Assembly: GCA_910579325.1 (NCBI GenBank) | Contig: CAJTTU010000002.1 | Location: 32,106-96,105 of the forward strand | DNA from: an uncultured Lachnospiraceae bacterium | GTDB taxonomy: Bacteria; Bacillota; Clostridia; Lachnospirales; Lachnospiraceae | Reading direction: 5' to 3' | Length of the DNA: 64,000 nt | In this document: positions 27,415-35,277 of the stretch, piece after piece | Position numbering within the stretch: position 1 is the stretch's first letter | Layout: each line of letters opens with the position of its first letter | Program-made: the position numbers and the translations under genes | The notes under the pieces: model-generated | What the model was told of the DNA's origin: nothing | The model's database searches: none | Seen by the model: only the letters and a program-made list of their open reading frames with translations

Positions 27415-27626
27415 ATGCTCCGCAAGGATGCACACGCAAACGCAGAGGAAGTTGTCGCTTGAAAGCGACGCGTTCACAGTGTGCGCTATTGCACTAAGCT
27501 CGAAAAAACCTCGCTAAGTGCAATATGTGTGCGGCGCAGAATCCTGCGAAGCAGGCTTCCTATTTTATGATTGAAAGAGTCTCTCCGGGCAAGCAGTCGT
27601 TTCAGCTTCATTTGGGAGGAACAGAG

Positions 27627-28394
27627 ATGATCAAGATAGCGGTATACGGAAAAGGCGGAATCGGCAAGTCCACCACGGTTTCCAACCTGGCGGCGGTGTT
27701 CGCGGAAAACGGGATGACGGTGATGCAGATTGGCTGCGACCCGAAAGCGGACTCCACCTTTAATCTTCATGGCGGGATGAAAAAACAGACGGTACTGGAG
27801 CTGATCCGGGAAAAGGGAAAGGCAGTTACGCTGGAAGAGATGGTGACGGCGGGTTATAAAGGTGTCTTATGTGTGGAGGCCGGCGGTCCGGTGCCGGGCA
27901 TGGGATGCGCGGGCCGGGGCATTATCGCCGCGCTGGAAACGCTGGAGGAAAAGGACGCGTTCCGGATTTACAAGCCGGATATCGTTCTTTATGATGTGCT
28001 GGGCGACGTGGTATGCGGCGGTTTCGCCATGCCGATTCGGGAGGGATATGCCGAGAAGGTATTTGTGGTGACTTCCGGCGAGAACATGGCCATTTATGCG
28101 GCGGCCAACATCGCTATGGCGGTGGACAATTTTGCGGAGCGGGGCTACGCTACTTTAGGCGGTATCATCTTAAACCGCAGGAATGTGGAGCGGGAGACCG
28201 AGAAGGTGGAGGAGCTGGCGAAGGACATTCATTCACAGATTACGGGGACGCTGGAATTCAGCTCTGTGGTACAGAAAGCGGATGAACAGCGCAAAACAGT
28301 GATAGAGGCTTTTGGAGACAGCGACATGGCGGGGCAATACAGAACTTTGGCAAAGCAGGTACTGGAAGCCTGCGGAAAGGGCGGCAATGATTGA
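27627..28394 (+). CDS. NifH-like ATPase / Fe-protein homolog (nitrogenase-like reductase component)
   Basis: [23 protein letters not shown], and the cluster cysteines in GCAGRGI and [18 protein letters not shown]. Confidence 0.85.
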   Translation: MIKIAVYGKGGIGKSTTVSNLAAVFAENGMTVMQIGCDPKADSTFNLHGGMKKQTVLELIREKGKAVTLEEMVTAGYKGVLCVEAGGPVPGMGCAGRGIIAALETLEEKDAFRIYKPDIVLYDVLGDVVCGGFAMPIREGYAEKVFVVTSGENMAIYAAANIAMAVDNFAERGYATLGGIILNRRNVERETEKVEELAKDIHSQITGTLEFSSVVQKADEQRKTVIEAFGDSDMAGQYRTLAKQVLEACGKGGND

Positions 28395-28425
28395 TTTAAG
28401 GAATCCTGACGCAAAGGGAGCGCAA

Positions 28426-29715
28426 ATGACAATAAAGGATGCCGGATCGCTTACCCCTTTTGACAGCGGCGTGGAATATTCCGCGCCGGCCAGAGGGCCC
28501 TGGAATATCGTGCATGTGGGTACGCTGGTTCCGGAAAGCCACCAGGTTTTTGTATGCGCCCAGAGCTGTCTGCGGGGCGTGGTGCTGACGGCGGCGGAGA
28601 TGAACGCCATGGACCGTTTTTCCACAATCGCCATCCAGGAGCGAAATATCTTAAAGGGCGATATGGAAAAGCTGATAATAAACGGCGTAACGGATATATT
28701 GAATAAACTGCCGAAGCTGCCCCGGGCGGTGGAGGTGTTCAGCAGCTGCATTCATGATTTTATCGGCTGCGATATGGAATTCGTATTCGGAAAGCTGCGG
28801 CGGGAATTCCCTAACGTGGATTTTACCGATTGCTATATGACGCCGATTTTGCGGAAAACGAAATTTACGCCGGACGCGAAAATGCGTCAGCAGCTGTACA
28901 GTCTTCTAAAGCCGGTTCCCCTGGAAGAAAAAATGGTTAATGTGGTGGGGAATCTGGAGCCTTTCTATGAAAAGTGCGAGATTCTTTCCATGCTGGAACA
29001 GGGAGGCTGGCAGCTGCGGGATATCAATTATTGCGGCGATTACGACGAATATCAGAAAATGGCGGCCAGCAGCGTCAATATCGTGACCCAGTCCGACACA
29101 TTGTCGGCCGGGGAGGCGCTGGAACAGCGGCTGAAGCAGAAGCTGCTCTATCTGCCTGTCTCCTATCGTTATGAGGAAATCGACGGGGAGCTTAAGCTGG
29201 CGGCCGAAACCATGGGACTGCCGCTGCCGGATTTACAGGAGTTAAAGAATCGAACGGATCAGGCGCTGGCCCATGCGGCAGAGGTTCTTGCCGGGATGCC
29301 GGTGGCCATCGATTTTAACGCTACCACCAGACCTCTGGGACTGGCCAGGCTGCTGATCTCCCACGGTATTCGGGTGATTACGGTTTACGCCGACAGCTTC
29401 GGGAAGGAAGAGGAACCGAATTTTTACTGGCTGAAAGAGCATGCGCCGGAGCTGAAAATCAGCGCTACGGTTCATGGAAAGATGGTGGTGCTTCCCAGAA
29501 ACGAGGCGGAGCAATATGGAGGAAGGCTGCTGGCCATCGGTCAGAAGGCGGCTTACTTTACCGGGACCAGGCATTTCCTGAATATGCTGGAAAACAGTGG
29601 ACTTCACGGCTATGAAGGAATCATCCGGCTGGCCCGGTGGATGGAAGAAGAGGCGGTCAGAGAGCAGGATGTTCCTTCGATTATTCAGGTAAAGGGATGG
29701 GGGTGCTGCGGATGA
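28426..29715 (+). CDS. Nitrogenase component-1-type oxidoreductase, NifD/E-like subunit
   Basis: Sits after the NifH-like gene. Cys-containing segments VCAQSCLRG and SSCIHDFIGCD. Start at 28426 follows AAGGGAG, with an alternative ATG at 28387. Confidence 0.65.
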   Translation: MTIKDAGSLTPFDSGVEYSAPARGPWNIVHVGTLVPESHQVFVCAQSCLRGVVLTAAEMNAMDRFSTIAIQERNILKGDMEKLIINGVTDILNKLPKLPRAVEVFSSCIHDFIGCDMEFVFGKLRREFPNVDFTDCYMTPILRKTKFTPDAKMRQQLYSLLKPVPLEEKMVNVVGNLEPFYEKCEILSMLEQGGWQLRDINYCGDYDEYQKMAASSVNIVTQSDTLSAGEALEQRLKQKLLYLPVSYRYEEIDGELKLAAETMGLPLPDLQELKNRTDQALAHAAEVLAGMPVAIDFNATTRPLGLARLLISHGIRVITVYADSFGKEEEPNFYWLKEHAPELKISATVHGKMVVLPRNEAEQYGGRLLAIGQKAAYFTGTRHFLNMLENSGLHGYEGIIRLARWMEEEAVREQDVPSIIQVKGWGCCG

Positions 29716-30965
29716 GACAGGTATCGAGAGTGCTGTCCACCTATACGGCGGATGTGTCGGGGGTCTGCTCGGCGCTGTATGAGATGGGCGGTATGGTGAT
29801 TATGCATGACGCCTCCGGCTGTAATTCTACATACAATACCCATGACGAACCCCGCTGGTACGATATGCCCAGTATGGTATATGTTTCCGGGCTGTCGGAG
29901 CTGGAGGCGGTGATGGGGGACGATGATAAGCTGCTCCGGGATGTGGAGCGGGCGGCGAAGGAGCTGCATCCCCGTTTCGTGGCCATTGCCGGCACGCCGA
30001 TTCCCATGATGATGGGGACGGATTTTAAAGGGATTGCCAGGCTGTTAGAGCGCAGGCTGGGGATTCCGGTATTCGGGTTTGCCACCAACGGCACCCATTC
30101 TTATGTGTCCGGTGTCGGGATGGCGCTGGCTCAGGCGGCGAAAAAGTTCTGTCTGCCGAAGGAGCAGCTGTCAGGAGCAGACGGAGGTCAGAAGCCTTGT
30201 GTAAACCTTCTGGGCGTAACTCCTCTTGATTTCTCCGTGACAGGCAATGTGGAGGCGTTAAAAGAGGTTTTTCAGTCTGAGGGATATCAGGTGAAAAGCT
30301 GCTGGGCCATGGGAAGTGATTTCGAAGCGCTGATCCGGGCCGGCGAAGCCGATGTGAATGTGGCGGTGTCCGTGGCCGGGATTGAGACGGCGATAGTTTT
30401 GGAAGAAATGTATGGGACGCCATGGGTTCTGGGGCTTCCGGTAGGGCCGAAGCTGACCCGCAGGGTACTGGAAGCGGTGGACCTGGCGTCGGCTACAGGA
30501 AAGAATCAGCTGCCGCTGGCGTTGGCGACAGACGGGGTGGACGGAAAAACGGAACGAAACCACCGGCAGACTTACATTATCGGCGAGTGGGTCTGGGCTA
30601 TGGCTCTGCGCTGCAGCCTGATTGCGGAGTACGGATATGACAGGGTATCGGTGATCTGCCCGCTGGAATCAGAAGAGTTGTTTGCGGACCGCCTGCTGAC
30701 AGGACGGGAAGAACGGATTTCGGGTGTGCTGGATGCCGCCGTCCGGGCCGGAGCATTTTTGGAGGATGAAGACCAGATCGAAGAACGGCTGAAGGATGCC
30801 GAACTGGTAATTGCAGACCCTATTTACCGCAGAGCGCTGCCGAAGGACAGGGCGGTGGACTTTATCGAATTTCCCCATGAGGGATATTCGGGGAGGATTT
30901 ACCGTAAGGATATTCCGGTATTTATCGGAGAGCAGTGGAATCAGTGGTTTGAAAGTAGAGAGTAA
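29712..30965 (+). CDS. Nitrogenase component-1-type oxidoreductase, NifK/N-like subunit
   Basis: ATGA overlap with the upstream gene. VIMHDASGCNSTYNTHDEPRW and FVAIAGTPIPMMMGTD are typical of the family. Confidence 0.65.
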   Translation: MRQVSRVLSTYTADVSGVCSALYEMGGMVIMHDASGCNSTYNTHDEPRWYDMPSMVYVSGLSELEAVMGDDDKLLRDVERAAKELHPRFVAIAGTPIPMMMGTDFKGIARLLERRLGIPVFGFATNGTHSYVSGVGMALAQAAKKFCLPKEQLSGADGGQKPCVNLLGVTPLDFSVTGNVEALKEVFQSEGYQVKSCWAMGSDFEALIRAGEADVNVAVSVAGIETAIVLEEMYGTPWVLGLPVGPKLTRRVLEAVDLASATGKNQLPLALATDGVDGKTERNHRQTYIIGEWVWAMALRCSLIAEYGYDRVSVICPLESEELFADRLLTGREERISGVLDAAVRAGAFLEDEDQIEERLKDAELVIADPIYRRALPKDRAVDFIEFPHEGYSGRIYRKDIPVFIGEQWNQWFESRE

Positions 30966-30984
30966 AATAGCGGCGGACCTGAAG

Positions 30985-31034
30985 AGGGGAGTTGCGGAAC
31001 TAAAACAGCAACGGACCGTACAGGCCCCGGGAGG
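30985..31034. repeat. Operon-junction repeats B1 (30985-31003) and A1 (31006-31034)
   Basis: B is aggggagttgcggaactaa. A is cagcaacggaccgtacaggccccgggagg. Identical copies occur elsewhere in the operon. Confidence 0.9.
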
Positions 31035-31086
31035 ATTTACAGACACTTTAGTGGCTGGAAATTCTCCCAGTTCAAGGGGGCCTGGA

Positions 31087-31105
31087 AGGGGAGTTGCGGA
31101 ACTAA
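31087..31105. repeat. Operon-junction repeat B2
   Basis: 19/19 identical to 30985-31003, and 17 nt upstream of the SBP start codon. Confidence 0.9.
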
Positions 31106-31121
31106 TTTAGGAGTAAAGGTA

Positions 31122-32378
31122 ATGAAAAAGCGAATGAAACAATGGATAGCATGTTTACTGGTTCTGTCTCTGACAGCGGTGGCGCTGGCAGGCTGCTCGG
31201 GAAACGGAGGCGGTAAGGAGACCCAGGCGCCGGTGCAGACGAAGGGGACGGAGGCGGCAACCGGGGCCGCGAATGAAACGGCGGATGTGGAAGCGACAAC
31301 GGCGGGAACCGAGGCAGGATCGGAAGCAGCGGCGAATGGCCAGGAGGGCCAGATCGTGGTGACAGACCATGCCGGGCGTCAGGTAACTCTGCCGGCGGAG
31401 ATCAACCGGGTAGTGGTTGCGGATATTTACCCGATGGCGTCGGTGATCACCGTATACTTAGGCTCTGCCGAGAAGCTGGTGGGAATTCATCCCGTATGTA
31501 TGAGCGCGGCGAAAAGCGGTCTTCTGGGAGAAATCTTCCCTGAGATTCTGGAAGCGGACACCAGTTTTATGACGGGCAGCGACCTGAATGTGGAACAGCT
31601 TCTGAATCTGGACCCTGACGTGGTATTCTGCGGCGCGGGCAATTCCGAGCTGATGAGCGCCCTGGAGAATGCCGGAATCCCGGCGGTGGGCGTTTCTCCC
31701 AGCAAATGGCAATATGACATTCTGGAAACCTATGATCAGTGGGCAGCTCTGCTTGGCCAGATGTTCCCGGAGAGCGACAAGAGTAAAGAAATTTCCGCTT
31801 ACAGTCAGGAAGTATATGACATGATTCAGGACAGGGTAAAGGACATCCCGGAGGAAGATAAAAGGGATATTCTGTTCCTGTTCCAGTATGACGATCAGGA
31901 AATCGTGACTTCGGGTAAAAGCTTTTTCGGCCAGTTCTGGTGCGAGGCCGTAGGCGGCAGAAATGTGGCGGAGGTAGTCGAAGCCGATAATTCCAATGCG
32001 ATTATCAGTATGGAACAGATCTATGAGTGGGACCCGGAACTGATTTTCGTGACGAATTTCACCTCGGTTCAGCCCGATGACCTTTACAAGAATGCCATTG
32101 GCGGCGACGATTGGAGTACGGTTACGGCCGTAAAAGATAAGGAAGTATATAAACTGCCCCTGGGCAGCTACAGAAGCTATACGCCCAGTGCGGATACGCC
32201 CGTAACCCTGCTCTGGATGGCCCAGAAGGTGTATCCTGATCTGTTTTCCGATATCGATATGACCCAGGAGGTAAAAGACTACTATCAGGAGCTTTATGGG
32301 ATTCAGCTGACTGACGAGCAGGTAGAGCGGATGTACAATCCTTCGACGGAAGGCTCGGGAAATACAAATCATATTTGA
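31122..32378 (+). CDS. ABC importer substrate-binding lipoprotein, FecB/BtuF (iron-chelate / corrinoid) class
   Basis: Lipobox LAGC|SG and a T/A/E-rich linker. The core (VVVADIYPMASVI..., DPDVVFC, WDPELIFV) is typical of periplasmic-binding-protein family 2. Confidence 0.8.
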   Translation: MKKRMKQWIACLLVLSLTAVALAGCSGNGGGKETQAPVQTKGTEAATGAANETADVEATTAGTEAGSEAAANGQEGQIVVTDHAGRQVTLPAEINRVVVADIYPMASVITVYLGSAEKLVGIHPVCMSAAKSGLLGEIFPEILEADTSFMTGSDLNVEQLLNLDPDVVFCGAGNSELMSALENAGIPAVGVSPSKWQYDILETYDQWAALLGQMFPESDKSKEISAYSQEVYDMIQDRVKDIPEEDKRDILFLFQYDDQEIVTSGKSFFGQFWCEAVGGRNVAEVVEADNSNAIISMEQIYEWDPELIFVTNFTSVQPDDLYKNAIGGDDWSTVTAVKDKEVYKLPLGSYRSYTPSADTPVTLLWMAQKVYPDLFSDIDMTQEVKDYYQELYGIQLTDEQVERMYNPSTEGSGNTNHI

Positions 32379-32434
32379 TGACAGGGTATTCTGGCAGAGT
32401 CGTGTCAAGTGACGTATGAAAAATCAGCAATGAT

Positions 32435-32481
32435 CAGCAACGGACCGTACAGGCCCCGGGAGGGGAACTGCGGAACTGTAA
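32435..32481. repeat. Operon-junction repeats A2 (32435-32463) and B3 (32461-32481, variant)
   Basis: A2 is 29/29 identical to A1. B3 is aggggaactgcggaactgtaa. Confidence 0.9.
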
Positions 32482-32497
32482 ATAAAAGGGAAATGGA

Positions 32498-33502
32498 ATG
32501 AAAGGTAAAGAAAGAATCTGGGCCGCGGCCATGACCGCGGCGGTCATCATACTGGCGGTTCTGGCGATGACCATGGGGCGGTATCACATATCCGTACGGG
32601 AGATTCTTGCGGTGGTGTTTCCCGGTCTGATGCCGGGCGTGGAAGTGTCCGATACGATGCGGACCGTAATCTTTAATGTCCGTATCCCCCGGGTGCTGCT
32701 CTCACTGCTGGCCGGCGCCGGCATGGCTGTGGCCGGCGCTGCCTTTCAGGCATTGTTTTCGAATCCGCTGGCTACGCCGGATACGCTGGGGGTAGCCACA
32801 GGCGCTTCTTTTGGAGCGGTGCTGGGGATTCTGTGGGGGCTGCCCTCCATGATGGTGCAGGGCTCGGCTCTGGCGATGGGCATTCTGGCGGTGGTTCTGG
32901 TGTATACGCTGAGCTATAGCCGGGAGCAGTCTATCATTATGGTGGTTCTGGCCGGCATGGTGATCGGCGCCCTCTTTTCGGCGCTGGTATCTCTGGTAAA
33001 GTATGTGGCTGACCCGCAGGATATGCTGCCTGCCGTTACCTTCTGGCTGATGGGAAACCTGTCAGGTACCCGCCGGGAAAGCCTGTTGCTGGGAGCGCCG
33101 CTGATTCTGACCGGGATTTTCGTGATCTGGCTGCTTCGGTGGAAGCTGAATGCCATGACGCTGCCGGAGGACGAGGCGAAAGCGCTGGGCATTCCGGTAA
33201 AGCAGATCCGGTATGCGGTGATCGCGTCGGCGGCCATGATCACGGCCTCCGTGGTGTCCATGTGCGGGCTGATTCAGTGGGTGGGTCTTCTAATTCCCCA
33301 TGTGGCCAGGATGATTTTTGGAAATGACAACCGGAGCGTGATACCGGCCAGTCTGGGGCTGGGAGCGATTTTTATGGTGATCATCGATACGGTGGCCCGA
33401 TGCGCCACCGCCTCGGAGATTCCGGTATCGATTTTAACGGCGGTGATCGGCGCGCCGGTGTTTATCATATTGCTGAGAAAGACAGGAGGGATTAAGCTGT
33501 GA
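32498..33502 (+). CDS. FecCD/BtuC-family ABC permease
   Basis: RIPRVLLSLLAGAGMAVAGAAFQALFSNPLATPDTLGV is the family signature region. About 9-10 TM segments. Confidence 0.85.
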   Translation: MKGKERIWAAAMTAAVIILAVLAMTMGRYHISVREILAVVFPGLMPGVEVSDTMRTVIFNVRIPRVLLSLLAGAGMAVAGAAFQALFSNPLATPDTLGVATGASFGAVLGILWGLPSMMVQGSALAMGILAVVLVYTLSYSREQSIIMVVLAGMVIGALFSALVSLVKYVADPQDMLPAVTFWLMGNLSGTRRESLLLGAPLILTGIFVIWLLRWKLNAMTLPEDEAKALGIPVKQIRYAVIASAAMITASVVSMCGLIQWVGLLIPHVARMIFGNDNRSVIPASLGLGAIFMVIIDTVARCATASEIPVSILTAVIGAPVFIILLRKTGGIKL

Positions 33503-34287
33503 AATTCGAAGTGAAAAACGGAGCCTTCGCTTACGGAAGAAAGAAACGTGTTTTCAACAATGTCAGCTTTACGCTGGAAGAACCGCAGATTTTGTCCGTC
33601 CTGGGGGCGAACGGAGCCGGAAAGACCACAATGATGCGGTGTATGCTGGGGCTTCTGCCCTGGACCGAGGGTGCTTCTTATCTGGACGGAACGGACATTC
33701 GCCGCATCCCCTCAAAAAAACTGTGGAAAACCATTGGCTATGTACCCCAGGCGAAGCTGTCCTCCTTTGTGTATACGGTGGAGGAAATGGTAGTTCTCGG
33801 CCGCAGCAGTCATTTGGGACATTTCGGACAGCCGGGGAAAAAGGACTGGGAGATCGTGGAGGAATGCCTGGAGATGACAGGCATCGCCCATTTAAGAGGA
33901 AAACTGTGCAGCCGTTTAAGCGGCGGCGAGTTTCAGATGGTCATGATTGCCAGGGCGCTGGCGGGGGAACCGTCTCTGCTGGTGCTGGATGAACCGGAAT
34001 CCAATCTGGATTTTAAAAACCAGCAGGTGGTGCTGGAGACGATTCGCGGTCTCTGCGAACAGCGGGGGATCGCCGCGATCATCAATACCCATTTTCCGGA
34101 GCATGCGCTGGAAATTTCCCATAAATCGCTGCTCCTGTTTTCCGACGGCACCGCATTGGCAGGAGAGACTGCCCAGGTGATCACGGAAGAGAATATGACC
34201 CGGGCTTTTGACATTAACGTCCGGATTCGGGACGTCCAGGTGGCCGGAAGAGGGCATACCTGCGTGTTCCCGGTGCTGAATGCGTGA
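33499..34287 (+). CDS. Iron-chelate/corrinoid-type ABC ATP-binding protein
   Basis: GANGAGKTT, LSGGEFQMVMIARAL, LLVLDEPESNLD. GTG start overlaps the permease stop. Confidence 0.85.
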   Translation: MKFEVKNGAFAYGRKKRVFNNVSFTLEEPQILSVLGANGAGKTTMMRCMLGLLPWTEGASYLDGTDIRRIPSKKLWKTIGYVPQAKLSSFVYTVEEMVVLGRSSHLGHFGQPGKKDWEIVEECLEMTGIAHLRGKLCSRLSGGEFQMVMIARALAGEPSLLVLDEPESNLDFKNQQVVLETIRGLCEQRGIAAIINTHFPEHALEISHKSLLLFSDGTALAGETAQVITEENMTRAFDINVRIRDVQVAGRGHTCVFPVLNA

Positions 34288-34467
34288 AAGCGGGAAGCCG
34301 GTAAAAATTGATAATGGCAATACACTCCAAACATATATGGAAAGGCTCTCCCATACCGGGGAGCTTTTCTGTTTTATGGGACACTGCGTCACAGGAGAAC
34401 AGGGGAGGAGTTGTATTTTCAGCGGCGGTATGTTACAATCATTGGCAGTGGCAGCATTGAGTGAAAA

Positions 34468-34553
34468 ACAGCAGCGGACCGCAGTATAGAATAGTAAGCG
34501 GCTCCAAAAGAGCCGTTACGTGCTTAAAGCGATGGAGGGTAGCTGCGGAATTT
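34468..34553. repeat. Degenerate A3 (34468-34486) and B4 (34534-34553) junction repeats
   Basis: acagcagcggaccgcagta and ggagggtagctgcggaattt resemble the A and B units. A hairpin cggctc-caaaa-gagccg lies between them. Confidence 0.55.
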
Positions 34554-34568
34554 ATGTGGGAGGCAGAC

Positions 34569-35264
34569 ATGATAGAGGTTGACCGGATCAGCAAGGCATA
34601 TGGCCGCAGGCAGGTGCTGTCTCAGATTTCTTTTCATATTGAGGCGGGGCAGTGCGTGGGTATCGCTGGCGCCAATGGGTGCGGGAAATCCACGCTGCTG
34701 GCGATTCTGGCAGGGGCTATGAAGCCGGACGGAGGAAAAATTCTGTATCAGGGAAAACCTGTGGACAACGGGCGATACAGGAGAGAAACAGGGTATGTCC
34801 CCCAGGGAAATCCACTGCTGGAAGAACTTACCGTACAGGATAATCTGAAATTATGGTATAAAGGTAGCGAAAAGGAATGGAAACGGGAGCGGGATTCTGG
34901 TATAATAGCAGTACTGGAGCTGGGGCCGCTGTTAAAAACGGCCGCAGGAAAGCTGTCAGGCGGCATGAAGCGGCGTCTGAGCCTGGCCTGCGCCCTGGTT
35001 AACCATCCCCGGTTTCTGATTCTGGACGAGCCGGGGGCGGCGCTGGACGTGGTGTGCAAGGAGGAGATCCGACAGTATCTTGCGGATTACTTAAAGCAGG
35101 GAGGCACGGCGCTTATGACCAGCCACGAGGAGCGGGAGCTGTCCCTGTGCGACCGGCTGCTTTTGATGAGCGGCGGCAGGCTGAAACAGATTCCGGCCGA
35201 TACGCCGGCCAGAGAGCTGGCGGTTATGATTGTGGCCGGGAGGACTGTAGCGGAACTAAAATAG
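34569..35264 (+). CDS. ABC transporter ATP-binding protein (ABC-2 exporter type)
   Basis: GANGCGKST, LSGGMKRRLSLACAL, FLILDEPGAALD. GGGAGG RBS before the ATG at 34569. Confidence 0.8.
   Translation: MIEVDRISKAYGRRQVLSQISFHIEAGQCVGIAGANGCGKSTLLAILAGAMKPDGGKILYQGKPVDNGRYRRETGYVPQGNPLLEELTVQDNLKLWYKGSEKEWKRERDSGIIAVLELGPLLKTAAGKLSGGMKRRLSLACALVNHPRFLILDEPGAALDVVCKEEIRQYLADYLKQGGTALMTSHEERELSLCDRLLLMSGGRLKQIPADTPARELAVMIVAGRTVAELK
35238..35261. repeat. Junction repeat B5 (gggaggactgtagcggaactaaaa), overlapping the last codons of the ABC ATPase
   Basis: Shares the gcggaactaa core and the upstream ggga with B1-B3. Confidence 0.7.
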
Positions 35265-35277
35265 GGGGAATTGCAAT

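Noticed and set aside
27627-30965. Genuine nitrogen-fixation (nifHDK) locus
   Set aside because: The D/K-like subunits are short. No nifB, nifE, nifN or nifV or other maturation genes are present. The operon continues into a chelate-type ABC importer. It is therefore called nitrogenase-like, not nitrogenase.
30811-31110. 99-aa plus-strand ORF ending in GVAELKQQRTVQAPGG...GVAELI
   Set aside because: It overlaps the 3' end of the NifK/N-like gene out of frame. Its repeated peptide merely translates junction repeats A and B.
31458-32408. 316-aa minus-strand ORF
   Set aside because: It is antisense to the FecB/BtuF-type SBP gene, which has a clear lipobox and family features. Shadow ORF.
30966-35277. 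CRISPR array interpretation of the junction repeats
   Set aside because: There are two different units with irregular spacing of hundreds to thousands of nt. Whole genes lie between the copies, and there are no cas genes.
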